Below are positions 12,662 to 26,900 of a DNA stretch of 64,000 nt, piece by piece. The DNA is from Lytechinus pictus (taxonomy: Eukaryota). How positions within the stretch are numbered: the stretch's first letter is position 1; each line of letters begins with the position of its first letter. The notes under the pieces are model-generated. The model saw only the letters and a program-made list of their open reading frames with translations. It was not told the origin of the DNA and did no database searches. The stretch is from NCBI RefSeq assembly GCF_037042905.1, contig NC_087252.1, positions 18,354,001 to 18,418,000 of the forward strand, written 5' to 3'. The position numbers were made by a program, and so were the translations under genes.

Positions 12662-14599
12662 GTAACTATTTATCTCGATATTCCTTTTTAGAGAAATAAT
12701 TTAATATTTCAGTGACACTATCGTAGACTCACATTAAGTGCGATTGTGATTAGTGGGATTTCATGTTGAATTGACTGTTGGTAATGGGTGAAATCTTGGT
12801 GCTCTTGAGACGTGTCCGTCGACGTGTTATATCAGTGTAGAGTCGTACAGCACACACGACTGCTCGGAAGTTCCATATGTTTTGTACAGGCCGCGCGCCA
12901 TGATTCTTTGCAATTTCTGGCGTGCCACCGCCCCGCAAGATGAGGCACGGCCGTGTACACGATATTGCATAGCTGCACGTAAACCCTGCATTTTGCATAG
13001 AGCGAGTGTGTTTCGCCTGCGTGTGTATACGTTGATCGTGTGTGGCTTGTGCATGAATGTGCGAGCGAGGCAGTGAAATTGAAGAGATCCGTGGGAAACT
13101 TGTATTTGTAAACAAGCTCATGCAAGTTTTGGGACTCGACTGGGGCTGTTCAGCTTTCTGACTGGTTACCCCAGATCGAGTTCCCTGACATTTGATAACT
13201 TGATAATCATTCTGGTTTAATTGAATTAGCTACCATGTCTAACAGTAACATATAAATTTTAAGAAGATCCTTGGCCTGGCTGGGCCTGGCAATTATGATC
13301 TTCATTCATTTTATTTTCAATTAATTTTGAGTTTGACTTTGCAGCTTTGATTTTCTTGCCTTCTTGGACTTGGTGTTTATTTTTTCTTGTTTGGCATTTT
13401 GATTTCTATTCTAATTGAGTTTTTTTTTTAATTTCTAATTGTTTTTCAACTTTTTGATCTGTTAGTGTTATATTTCAAGCAGCCTAAGTTCAGGCAATCT
13501 GCAATTGTTATTCGTTATAAATTTGTTTACTTATTCATGTATATTTTGTAATTTTTTTAAATTTGATATTTCATTTACTTTATTACATTCTGTAAGAAAT
13601 ATTTTAGTTGATACTTGATTTTGTACCAAAGTAAATACTTTAACGGCAAAATGGACTATAAGTAACACCCGATGAAAATAAAAAAACCAAAATAAATACA
13701 CACCATGTACATAAAGTATATTATAAAAAATAACCCTAATTTGGTGGTTGGGGGGGGGGGGGGGGGTGAGTCAGATGAATACATCGAGCATTCAAAGCCA
13801 TAAGAAAAGTTAGTTCTTTGATTCAGGAATTGTGGTGGCACAGGACGGGTGGGGGGGGGGGGGGAACTGGGTGGGGCTGGGAAGACTGCCCTCCCTCCCT
13901 AAGATTATAGTGGCAAATTGAAATAAAAAAAGGAGGGGGGGGGGGGGGACAAACGGAAGATCGTTACTTGAAAGAGAAATGTCATGCTAATGTACAAATG
14001 TATTCAATTAAGAGAAAATATCTTGCCCCCCCTCCTACTCTTAGAAATACCAAAAATATCCTGTTGTCGCCCAAGTTTCTTCAAAGTGATTATAGACAAA
14101 CTACAATGCTTATTTATGTATTTATTTATTTATTCATTTATTTATTAATGTATTTATTTACTTATTTATTGATTTGTTTATTTATTTAAATTAATTTATG
14201 TATGTATTTATTTATTTTCTTTATTTATATATTTATTTGCTTATTTATTTCATTTTTTTTTGGAGGGGGGGGGGTCCTGGGAGGTACATTGGTCATTCAT
14301 GACTTGACACTGCAAACCATTCACTGATTTTGTGGACAACTCTCCATTTGTTTTTTACACACATTTTCAGATTTCCCCCTTTATTTTACATATTTCACAT
14401 TATCTACTCCTGACCTTGAAATATGTGTTGTGAATTTTATTTTCCCATGACGTTGTGCTCAGATGGAGGCAATATGCAATTTGAAAGATAATAAGGAAAA
14501 TCTGAAAATTTGTGTACAAAACAAGTGGAGAGTTGTCCACAAAATCAGCCATTTTGAAGCACGTTTGCCAATTTGAGGATCCCTATAGAAAGTACAACA

Positions 14600-17509
14600 C
14601 ATAGAGATGTATACTAACTACGCTAGAGTGCGGAGTCGCCATAGGCGCGCGTACTTAACGTCTGTGATTGTGTGGAGCGTGGCGGCCATTGCTCGATAGG
14701 TATAGATTCGCAAAAGTACCCGGATGTACCCATAGCTCGTGCGTTGTAACGCTGTGAAAAGGGGTGCCGTCTCCGGCCTTTATCTTGAAGAAAAGAACAC
14801 AACCTCATAAAAATCGAAAATATGAATGACAAATTGCATCTCAATACACTATTAGAGTGATTACATGGGGATTATGCTATTAATTTGGCATTTTAAAAAC
14901 CTGATTTCTCGGGATGAAATTCTAAATAATTTGCATTTACCTGTCCGTTTATAGGCCTGTAATAGATAACAATGTTGATATACTATCATATAAACAATCA
15001 TATAAAAATAAAAACATACAGCGGACATTAATAGAAAGATTGACAATTAATTCAAAAGACTGCAGTGAATTAGCCCTTCTCTGGATTTCCCTACCTTTAA
15101 CTGCATCGTCCTCCTTCCATCCTTCCCACATATACGTCCTTTGATTCTATGTTTATGTTGGATATAATTTTGTAATTTCTATATAGGCCTACATGATATG
15201 TAACTTGCTTTAATTTGTATGAAATATAGGCCTATCATTTTTATATATTAAGTTGTACAATAATTCTGTATAAGTTAGTGTTTTGATCTACATGCGCTAT
15301 TAAAGGGCATCTCATTATTGTTCTTGGTGAGCCTCCCGTTACACCATCAATGTTGAAATTTGTGTTATTTGGTGAACGTGCTGATTTTGTTCTTATAGGA
15401 ACATAATAAATTCCCCAAAATCTGCAGGCCTATATGGCCCGAAAATAAAATATTGATTTAAAATGTCGAGAATATAGCCTAATTTGTTCAAACTTTTCAA
15501 AAATGACAGTTTTAATTCCCTTCACTTTAAGTTAGATTTGTTTTAATTCGCTTTTTAGGGGCCGTATGTGCAATTAAAATAACAAACACACCTAAGCAAA
15601 TTCGCTTTAACATACTGATCAAAATAAAATACAGGGGGCGCGACCGGACCCCTCCCTGAAATGAAAATGAACATTACACATAATAAATGATTGTGATTTT
15701 ATACACCCGATCACTTTCAAAATCATTCCGCGACGCCGTAACATAATATAATAATTTTGTTCATCCATGGAAATCTTATTTAAAAAAAACTGATCGAATA
15801 ACCAAACTCAGGTCCATTGGCCAGCAAACGACATTAAAGGAAAAAAACTAGAAAATCAAATTCAGTTATACTTTTAAAATGAAAAACAAAACTGGATATT
15901 CAAAACGCGTGTTTATCTGTTTATATGTTAGGCCGGTGCCAGTGCTTACAAATATTTGCCATAAAGTTCATTTATTCAAGCGACACAGACACAGTTAATT
16001 AACACAATTTCAAGGCAGGTATCAAATTTGAGATTAAATTAGGATTTTTAATATCTTATTCCAAGTATTGTCACTTTTGCAATATTATTGTTTCATAATT
16101 ATGTTTGGTTTTAGTACTCACAATTTTGCAACCGTTTTCATAATTATGATAAGTTTGCATTGATGTCTTTCATGATATTAGTTTTATACACTCTTGCAGT
16201 AGTAATAATATTCTTTATAGTATAATACAAATTATATATCATAATCCCGCCCCTTTTCTTCTCTCCTTCTCCCCCTTCTTCCTCTCCTTATTATTCTATC
16301 CTTGATTTGTTCACATGATATTGGTCCAATCATTATAGGATCAGAAACAACGGCGATAAACAAAATATTTCAGCCAGTTTGCCGATCAGCATATTTTCAG
16401 CCGGGGAGAATCAAGTCTATACTTTCCAGAAAATCAAAGTAAAATTGTTTTGCGCATTGTGATTTGTTTACTCTCCGAAGTTTTAAAATGTTTGCAAGGC
16501 AATAACACTGTACATAAACATCCAACCCCCCATTAGGCCTCCTGTACATTGCAAAATTGTACGACTGCATGCGCGCATTTGATATGCAAATTTTGCTGTC
16601 AACAAACTTTTCTATACATTGATCGCAAGTAAGAAAGTATACTTTTATATACATATTTATAAATATGATGGGATGGTTGCCAGCAAAGGAAATCTAAATC
16701 ATCAATTTTTAACTGAATCAATGCATAAATCATTTCCAAATATCAATAAAAAGTCATTTTATGATTCGCGAGTTTTTGTGATGTTGGTTTACATCAGCGT
16801 GTAAGACATGGGGAAAAGGGATCGAGTTATTATAGGCCCTATTGTGTAGATATATATGGAAAATGAATTATAACAATTATCTAAAGTGAAGAAATAAATT
16901 ATTAGCAATCAGCATAATAGTAATTAGGAAACTATGAACTATAAAAATACAATCGTGGTTTTTTTTTTCGATGCAGCGTCTCAGATGCATCAGACACTGT
17001 GATATGGCCTATGAATTTTCTTAGGTTAATGTACATCAAATCATATTAAAACACATTAAATTTATTTATCAGGACCTAGGCCTAAATGTTATTTTTGATA
17101 TTCATCTCTTCCAAATCATTAGAAAATAGAAGTCATATTAATGTATCGAAATTTTACCTAAGCAAAAACAATTGGGACTTTAAATCGTTTGCCTGTATTA
17201 TAGCTGTATCGGCCTATATTATGCGCTATAGATAGGCCTATATAGGCCTTTTGACCTCAGTTTTGCTAGATTTTTGTTGTATTTGAACTTTAATCCAGTG
17301 CAATATTTACAATTTTGCTTTTCCATATGCTTTCGTGCTCATATGTCATCAATTTGTCATGTTCTGTGCTCATCCGTGTACATGCCCCATAGGTACTGTA
17401 CGCGCATGGCAGGCTGCGAATACCTATCGAGCAATGGCGGACGGTCTCCACGTAATCACAGCGATTTGACGAAGTACGCCCTCTAGCGTTACTAGTATAC
17501 ATCTCTATG
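14600..17509. mobile_element. Non-autonomous P-superfamily-like DNA transposon, 2.9 kb
   Basis: TIR CATAGAGATGTATACTA with ~100 bp of further imperfect inverted similarity; perfect 8-bp TSD GTACAACA (14592-14599, 17510-17517). It sits inside a Kolobok-like MITE whose right end GGTTTCCT|TTAA is at 17641. Confidence 0.85.
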
Positions 17510-17994
17510 GTACAACAAGACTTTTTAAACGTCCATAACTTGCTTATTTTATAACCGATTTTGATGAAACTTTTTTTAAATTGTTGCTCTCATTTTACTC
17601 TTTCCAATAAGATTGCTTCTCTTCTAGGGTTTTGGTTTCCTTTAAATCTTTACTCAAAGGGAGAGATTTGACTTTAAAAATGCTCTCTGAGCTCAGTGAG
17701 TTGTAACGTTCCAGTTACCTGTGTCGTAAGAAAGAAGCCCTGAAAAAAATCACACAGGTCTCAAAATAATTCAAGATACATACATGTGTTCCTGTTGTTA
17801 TCCCTTCCCTTGGAGACATCATGAGTGTCTTCAAATTTTTTTGTTTTCTTCTCGGTCGTTTTTTTTTCATATTCATGAACAATACTACATTGTAATTACA
17901 GCACACATCATGATCAAAGTTATAGGATTTTTAAGACCTCTGTAAATGTTACCAATGTCTCTTGTACTTCTGTTTGATTCAGGTCATAATCGCC

Positions 17995-20900
17995 ATGGAA
18001 ACGGATGTGAGTACAGACCAACCAGGTTCATCCACCATGGCGACCATTGTAAACCCAGCGAGCGTAGAAGCAGCAGACATCAAGCAAGGTGTCAACACCG
18101 ATGTCCCTTCAGGAACTACCATCACAGTTGTCGATGCATCCCAGACATCTGATCTTGGAGGTACATCATTAAAAATAAAAGGGGAAAAATAGTGATAATA
18201 ATAATAATAATGATAATAATGATATAATGATAATGATAATATAATGATAGTGATGATGATGATGCTAATGATGTGGATGATGATGATGGTGATGAAGATA
18301 ATGAAAGTAATATAAATAATTGAAATAATATTAATAACAATGTTCAGTAACAACAAAAATAAATATGTAGTCAGTATTTTTGACATATCTTTTACTTTCC
18401 AGTGGACAGATTTTGATTTAGAATTATAATGTTGGATGAATACGGAGGAGCATGAAAATAATTCATTTAGTTTTCTGTAGAATGCTTCACTCTGCCAAAG
18501 CTGATGGGGACAGACACTTTTCCCCAAAACTTGTTCACCCTATCCTATTCCCTTATAGTAATTTTTTGTTGTTGTAAGTTAATTTTTCTTTTAACATTTT
18601 TCTGTAGTATAATAGTGACATATTAAAGGCATAAAATACCTGTCAATACTTTCATAATAGTTGAATAATGAAGTTTTTAAAAACACTTCTATTTCATAGT
18701 ACATTAGAATAAAATTTAGAGAGAGTTGCTAAAGAATGGTAAAATAGAGATGCATTGCTTTTCTATAAAGTAAGGAAAGCTGCTACAAATGTATATCTCC
18801 CCCTCCCCCTATTTGAGGATTAAGAGGGTTCATAGAAAAGTGATAATCATATTTCAGTGCTGTAAGTGAGGAGGATCAATCTATTTTGATGAGACAGGAA
18901 ATTGGTAATAAAGAAACAGTGAGAATTAGGGAAGAAAGGAATATGTGTTTGTATGGGGGAAATAGTAAAAGAGAGAGAGAGGGGAATGAAGATAACTCTG
19001 GGGGAAGGGGGCAGTCGTATTATTGCTAGTATCCAAATGGATTTAATTTAGCCTGGCTTTATAAACTTTTCAAAATAATTTCTTGTGATTTTGGCAATCT
19101 GTATAAATTCAGTCAAGAAATTTATTCAGTGAGATTTTTCAGTGAAATTTGCATATATTTGCCGTAGTTTGGATCTTTGCCAGATGAAACTCAATACAAC
19201 ATACACTGAAAGTTCATATGATACACAATACTTTCTCTTCAATCACTCAGGCTTTCTCATGTGTTAGAACGTTGGGTAGTAAATAGGTGCAAAGTATGTG
19301 CACAAAATGTGAGAAAATTAAGAAAACTCTGAATTCATTTGGGCAGCCGTGTGAACAGAAGTTTGCATAGTGTATTAGGAAACGAGCAGTCTTTGGTAAT
19401 GACAATGTGAACTTCCCTGTTGCAACAAAGACAGGAAGTTTGCGATACTTGCACACGTGGTCAATAGGCCTTCCTGGATCAGCATGTGAACAAAGTTCAC
19501 GCTAGAACAGAATTGCTGCAGAAATTTCTTGACTCTCATAATTTAATTCAAATTATTACATGTAAATATGTACTGTGCACATGTGTGTCCTTATAGCTTT
19601 TAATACTTGAGTAAAATTTATACCGAAGTTTATTTTCCTGTTTCACTTTCACTTTGTTCCTGCAAAGAATTTAAAAAAATGGCAAACTTTGTTGCAATTC
19701 AGAGGATTCACTTCCTTCTTTTCTTAGAAAGATTGTTTTTCATGCATGTCTGCAATCACCTCAAACTTTGTATATTACATAGCTTTTGTTCACTAGTGGT
19801 ATAAATTTCCTCTTTTCTTTGAAGGGCATTTCAAACTCGTAGTCAACACAAACAAATGAATCCATTGAGATACATTTTTTTTTTAGATCATGGCTGAAGA
19901 TTTTCTTTTTTTTGTTTTACTTTGCTTTTTTTTGGAGAGAGGTTAGATATGATTTGATTTTTTTCTATGTTTAGTTAATTTTTGTTATGGTATTACATGT
20001 AGGCCTATATTATTTATGGAGTTTATTTTTTGTTAGTCTTGTTTAATATTCATTTTCCAAAAAACTCTTCATGGAGTTTATATTACATTTACATTTCTGC
20101 TCTTTAATTACAATTACATTCAATTACGCTAAAGGCCTACATGTAGCAGGGTCTGTTATTCGTGCCGACCTTTAGATAACAATTGTACATTTTTTTCGAT
20201 TTCATTTTTGTTGAGATAAATAGAATTAAGTGTTTTTTTTTTTATTTATAGGTCTTCTACAGGCATCCGAGATGATGGAGATAATCACACAGGAGGTTAC
20301 TACACTCGCCCAAGCTAATGGAGGGGTCACAGAGGCAATTACAACAGTCGCACCTGTCATGGCGCAGAATGGGGGTAAGTTTGCGCCCCTCCTTCCAATG
20401 GTCATTATGATCCAAGGACCTCCTCTATTCTTTCTTCTTTCCCTTTTGTTCCTTCTTTCTTCTTTCTTCCTTTTATTTTGTCTACTTTTTCTCCTCTTAA
20501 ACTTTTTTTTCTGCCTTCAATAAAATGGGGCCTAAGCCATACTATTCTGCTCTATAAGCCCTGATTAGTGCATTTTGATTTAAGGCAAATGAAAATCTGT
20601 ACTCCAATATAATTGTTATTTCGTCCTGAAAGTGATTAAAACTTGATTTACAGTACTAATGTATTATCCCTTTATTCTGTGTACATAGTAGATAAAACTA
20701 AATTATGTAGAATTTAGTTTGTGTAGACGTCTCTTGTTATGTCTAGTAAGCATCTGGCATGCGTTCATCTAGACAGGATCTACCTATGGTAAAAAAGTGT
20801 GCATAATAAAATGAAATAAAATAGTGCCGGCCGCACAGAAACGTTGTTAGCCTAACAGAGTGCTAAGAGTAAGCCCAGTCACATCTTCCAGAATGTCAAT

Positions 20901-23900
20901 GTGTAAGTAATGCATTGTTGTAACATTGGGCATCGCTGCCACATTACCGGTTGTAACAGGACCTCTGTTAGCGCTAACAACGTTTCTGTGCGGTCAGTCC
21001 AGGTCTATTGTGAAAGGCATGTTAGTGATTCATTTCATGTGTTATTTTTCTTAGTGATCTTCATGTATTCTAGTATTCCTTTTTTCATGTAGGAAAAAAA
21101 ATTAAACCGCAATACCTGGTGTTCTGATAAGATGGCAATCCAATGACAAGTCTTCAGGGTGTCCAGAACATCTTGTTTAAAGTATGCACATTTTTGAATG
21201 TGTGCTTGTAGGCTATGAATGAATGTGATTTCAATAAACCTCTACGTAAAGTTCATGTTAAATTTTATGCATACTTTTCAAACAAAAGGTTGTTCTAGAC
21301 AACATGAAACCTTGCCAGACATAGCAACAACATATGCGTACATTGGATTCCAAGTATGATGGTTTATTCATTGCTAACAGGTGAGAGGGACATCTTGTCC
21401 CAGGTTCACATGAAAGAAGCATGCATAACTCAAAGCAGCCAAGTCTACTGATTTCATTCATTAGTTCTGGTACTGAAAAAGAATGACAATACTTCTGATG
21501 GATTCATGCAAAATACTGATTGATGTTTCAGTTTTATGTGTTGTCCTATCAGGCGCGTATCCAGCATCAGATCCTACAAAGAATTTCATGGGCCCAATTG
21601 TCTGGGGACAATAGTGGCTCTATTATGCTTTTGCATGGGCCCCCATACATTTCTTTGTCATAGTTGATGCTGGATACGCTAGTGCCTCTGGTATTTCTTC
21701 GAAAATTCTGATGTCCTGACCTGATTTCCATCTTTTAAAATGCTGCAATTTTCTTGTGGACTTTGGCAGCTCTGATCATTAATTATTGAGTAAGCATGCC
21801 TAATACAGAATTTGGTTGTCAATTGATTTGTTGTATTTTTTTTAAACAGTTGTTCTTCAAGCTTCTGAGCTAATGAAACAAATCATGGAACAGGTGAATA
21901 TCAAACAGGAGGACGGGGAAGACGCTCCACAGACGGTCTATGCTGAAATCAGACCACCAGAACGTGAGTAAAACCATGGACATGCATGTATGATGGATGG
22001 ACATTCATTGGTTTGTTAATGAATTCACTGGTATGCAACTGTCATTGTCCTATGAATAACATTCTCCTCTGAATAACATTCTCCTCAATCCTCATTGTTA
22101 GCTACTTTGTTCCTTCCCGGTCTGCTAATTTGTCTTGCTAATTTCTCAGCAATGTACAATTTCTTGCAGAATCCTAGGGCACATATATTTATCATACCTG
22201 GGTGGTTATTTGATTGGATTCTGTAGGCCTATACAAATAATGAATGTGTGCAATGGGAAGAATATTTTCATCTTTCATCGAATGTGAATATTCTTTCCAT
22301 TGCACAAATATTTACATTCATTATTTGTTTTATATAACTCATAAGTTAAAAAGTTTTTAAAAGTGTAAAAAAGGAATAAAATAGATAAAAGATTTGATAG
22401 GCCTATTTCCAGCAATTCTTTTTCTCTGATAATTGCTAGCCGGCCTACGCTGGATTCCACCATGTATCGACATCTCATCAGACCTTTGCTTTAATTCTTT
22501 TGTGATGACGCGCATTGCTTCATGGATCTGAGTCGAGTGCGCACAGTCAGTTTGATCTGCGCTAACTTCATGCGCGCAAACACACACATACATAAAAAGG
22601 TAAGTAGACATATCATACACATGATTATACTGAGGGAGCGCTAGCGTACTGTGCGATGGAAAATTTAAATATGCATGCAGTAAAGAATGAAACAAATATT
22701 GAACACCTTTCAACCAATCAGATGGCAAGAATTTTTGTTTGTATACAATACAAACTGATTTGTTAATTGTTACCCAGACTGGCATTTATCTTTAAAAATC
22801 ATTTACAAATATTAAATCCTGGAAAGAAATTCTTTTTTTTTTCTCTCTAAATTTGTTTACCCTATAATTTATGATCCCGTTACCCTTGTACTTATTTCCT
22901 TTATAGAGATGATGATAGAAGACCCAAGCTCTGGCCAAGATAAACAAACAGGTATGTGTATGAAAAGGTGGAAAAATAGTGTGGTGTTGTGGTCTTTGGG
23001 GGCATCGACAATCAAGGTACACATGGACAAGTCGTTTTTCTGTTTCTGTCACGAAGATTTTCCTTTCTCATTTCATTTTTGAAAACTCAAAGACAAAATC
23101 GCAACACGGTTTCAGCTCTGTGAAAATTTGTCTTGTCTCTATGATTTCCGAAAATGTTTTCTTTCATGAATATCAAAGAGGGCCTTCAATGTAAAAAAAA
23201 TGACTACTTCAAATATGGCTACAGCATTTGTGTGCTATTTTATACTATGATACGTCTTTATGTATTCAAGTCGGGCATGGCGGCGGCGGTAATACGTGCA
23301 CACACATCATTTCCGTCATATATTCACCACAATTACTTTGAATTCTATCTAAATAGTGAAATATGGCTCTTGAACCTTTTCTTTACATAGACAGCTATAT
23401 CTGTAAAGCGCTTCTTAAGCGATGTCTTTCTGTTGTATTAAGCGTTATATAAAAACAAAATATTTTTATTTGAAAAATTATTTTTCGCATAAATTCTAGG
23501 GTTGGTTGACACATTTGCTATGTATACCGACGACGAGAATCAACCAGAGGAGATGGTTCATCAACAATCAGATAACATGGGTGGTTCAACCAAGGTTCTT
23601 CATGTTCAAGCTACGCAGGAACCAGTGGAAGGAGATCCCAACAGTGTTGAGGCCTCAAGGTAGGACTCTCTCTGGCCCCCAAATCACTGAGGTCGTTTGA
23701 AATCTGTTATTTGAAACCATGGTTTATATTTCATCCATAAAAATCACTTCGTACATTGAGATGGGCAGTAAGTCGACTGCACTTATGCAGAGCTGCCAAC
23801 CATTACGTTTTTGCCGTAATCATTACGTTTTTTCATTCAAATTACGGCATTATGGTTTTTCTTTTCAAATTACGTTTTTTGACAATTTTGATAATGTGTG

Positions 23901-26900
23901 TACATAATTGTATGTATGTGGAGTGCGTGTTGAGCCCACTGAACTAGAAATACGTATTTCTAGTTCAGTGGTTGAGCCCGAGATGAGCCTGGTATTTGCG
24001 CGTGCAAAGTCGCCCGCCGGCCGGTTTTCCAACGCACTTTAATAATTTGATAGCGTGCACGTACATATACGTTAGTTGAATATGCGAGCGGCATGCATGG
24101 TACGAATCGCGATGTATAGCGACTGGTAAATACGTCTGTAAGGATGATGACGTCATCCAAGATGGCAACTTACGATGACAAACGAAAGGATCGAGGATGA
24201 TTATGTTTTGATCATCATTTGAAAGGAAATAACAGTAACTGCGGTCTAAGGTACGATATTTCTGAATTTTATATATTTTATCTTAAATTTGCATGTAATT
24301 TCTTTCCTATAAAGTGATGTTTTATGTACAAAAAAACGATCCGAAAATCAGATTTCAGAATTTAGATCTAACGTTACTGCTAATACGTTGTCTTTACGCA
24401 CGGGCCAACACTCTTCAGGTGATCGAGCCAACGTTTGTTCTTGCAGCGCAGAGCGAGGAGTACGATGAATTGGGTAGGGTAATTCCCAAATGTAGTAAGA
24501 GAAGAGTCCATTTGTAATGGAGGGGGATTTGGAGGTTTGAGGGAAATTATAATTCCATTTGCAAAATTTTACAAAAATACTCATCATATATATTAAAGAT
24601 TGAATCATCAAAAGATATTTTTCATATACTTTAAAATTAATTGTTGTGATAAAGAAATGAAATTTTGAGGCTATTTTCTTGAATTGATTAATATCAATTC
24701 CCTTCGGATAACGGTACTGTCTGGTTAATTTTCATCAACTCGTAATCGTATCAAACAAATACGATGAATTCGGCTTTGAAAAGACCTGGAAAGCTCTTCA
24801 TTGTCCCTTGAAGTAATAATTCTGGGTGATATTCAACATTTATTGATAGTTTCACATGATTTATACTAGAGAGATGTCCTACTGCCTTTGGAATTCATTA
24901 AAAAAGTCGGCACTTTAGCATTCAGTTTAGCAGGAATGGGAAGATTTCTTCCCCGGTTCTGGCGGCCTAGATGTCTGCTCTATAGTGCCGTCACTGCTGG
25001 GGATGATTGAGTGTGCGTGCAGTGTGATTGAGGCTGAGCTGTGCACATCGTGAAGTGATTTACGATGGGACTTTTGTGGAATGATTTCAACTTCTTATCT
25101 ATAGATCTATTTGAATTTTAGATTAGATTGATTTATGAATGTTACATGTACACTTCCATTTTATGACACTTTAATTTTAAAGGGTACTGTTTGGCAAAAA
25201 CAATGTTACTTGGGAAGAGAAGTCTGAATTGATGTCAACTTTTTTTTTATATTTCTCTTAGTCTACAATTTGGTAGTTTTGTCAGGAAACTCAACATAAA
25301 ACAATTAATTATTTTAGAAGTGGAAAGGAAGCCCCAGAAAAATGGGGCCCTAAAAATGTTCACCAGAACTGATTTTGGTGCCCCTGAAAGAATTTTTTCT
25401 CGACAGATCTTCACTTTGATAAGTGCCGGAGTAGGTTGCACTACAAAATGAAAGGCCTACTTGTCATTTTTAGAAAAATTTGCCTAGGTGCCCATTTGAC
25501 TAGAATAAAAGTGGCCTTCATGTCCTTTAGAATGGCCTTGATACCCCTTGAAATTTTGGGGCATCCAAGGCCACTTTGCCGGTTGCCCCAAGCTGAAAGT
25601 GCCCATTTGAAAATGGCCTTGCCCCTCTCAATTCTTAATTCAAGCCCTGCTACTGACTTAATTAAAATAAGGGTCCAATTTGTAACGCTCCGTTACTTAG
25701 CCCAGACTAGGCCTAGAGATTAACTTTTTTTTAATTGTTCACTGCATACATACTTTTTGCATTGGATGTTTGTCGCATGTCGTTTTAAGGTTCGTTTTAA
25801 CACATTCCTTTTTTTTGTTGGAAATTCCTTTTTTTGGCCATAATGATTCCTTTTTTTGCTTGCACAAGGTTGGCAGCTCTGCTTATGTGCCAACTGTATA
25901 GGTAAAGTAAATTGCATAAATAGTCGACTCATGAATATGTTAACCTTAGTAACAAGCATGGATAATAATAATTGTCAGTTCTTGTATAGCGTATAACACA
26001 TTATGAATAACGTCTCAATGCGCTTCCAAAGGACTTGGATATTATTACCTCGGCTGTAGCTCAAGCAGCTAGCTTCCAGCGCTCGGCATGTCAAGGAATA
26101 AATCCCTGCCAGGTACCCATTCACCTCACCTAGGTTGAGTGCAGCACAATGTGGATAATTATCTTGCTGAAGGAAACTACGCCATGGCTGGGATTTGAAC
26201 CCACGACCCTCTGTTGCAAAGTCCGGAGACTAATCCACTGGGCCACAACGCTCCATGGATGATGATTCACATTCAGTTCAGAATTAACAGAGCAAAAACT
26301 TCTTTCAATGTCGTTGATCGGCACACTTACAGTGGTTGTCAATATTCCTTAGCCTTTTATATTTTGTGCTAAATTTTATCAAAGTAGGCATTTTCATTGA
26401 AAAAACATATTAACAATAAGTCGAAAGAACATAGAAACACATGAGAAATTTCATAAAACAGGAAATCAATCATCAATTTGCTTTAAATAGTTTATTTACT
26501 AATGGGGCATTGCAAGAAACTTGCGATCAATTGCAAGTCTATTTTTCGTTCCCGAAATCAAGCATATGCCGTGCAGTTAATTGCAAATTTGCGATTGATT
26601 GCTAATCTGCTCCATGAAACAAAGGGTGTAATCTGATTTGAAATAGCTAGAAGTGATCAATCAATTGTAAAATTGCAACAGAATATTTGCGATTGATTGC
26701 AACACCCCTAAGAAGGCTTAAAGAGTGTATGGACTAAATATTGATATTTGCACATTTCTTGATTTAGAACAGAATTCTCATTTCATGAATTTATAAATTT
26801 GCATGATCATGGGAATTTCACAATTCTCCACAAAATTAACTATAACTACCCAGTATATAATGCTATGGACGACATGCTTGCTGATTTTCGGCACGTTTGC

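Noticed and set aside
16397..16654. Cys-containing ORF inside the P-like element as a THAP or transposase relic
   Set aside because: No THAP C2CH/AVPT or DDE motifs could be aligned.
24314..24820. YDELG / YDEFGF peptides as a captured gene fragment
   Set aside because: They are too short and interrupted by stops; a BLASTX search is needed.
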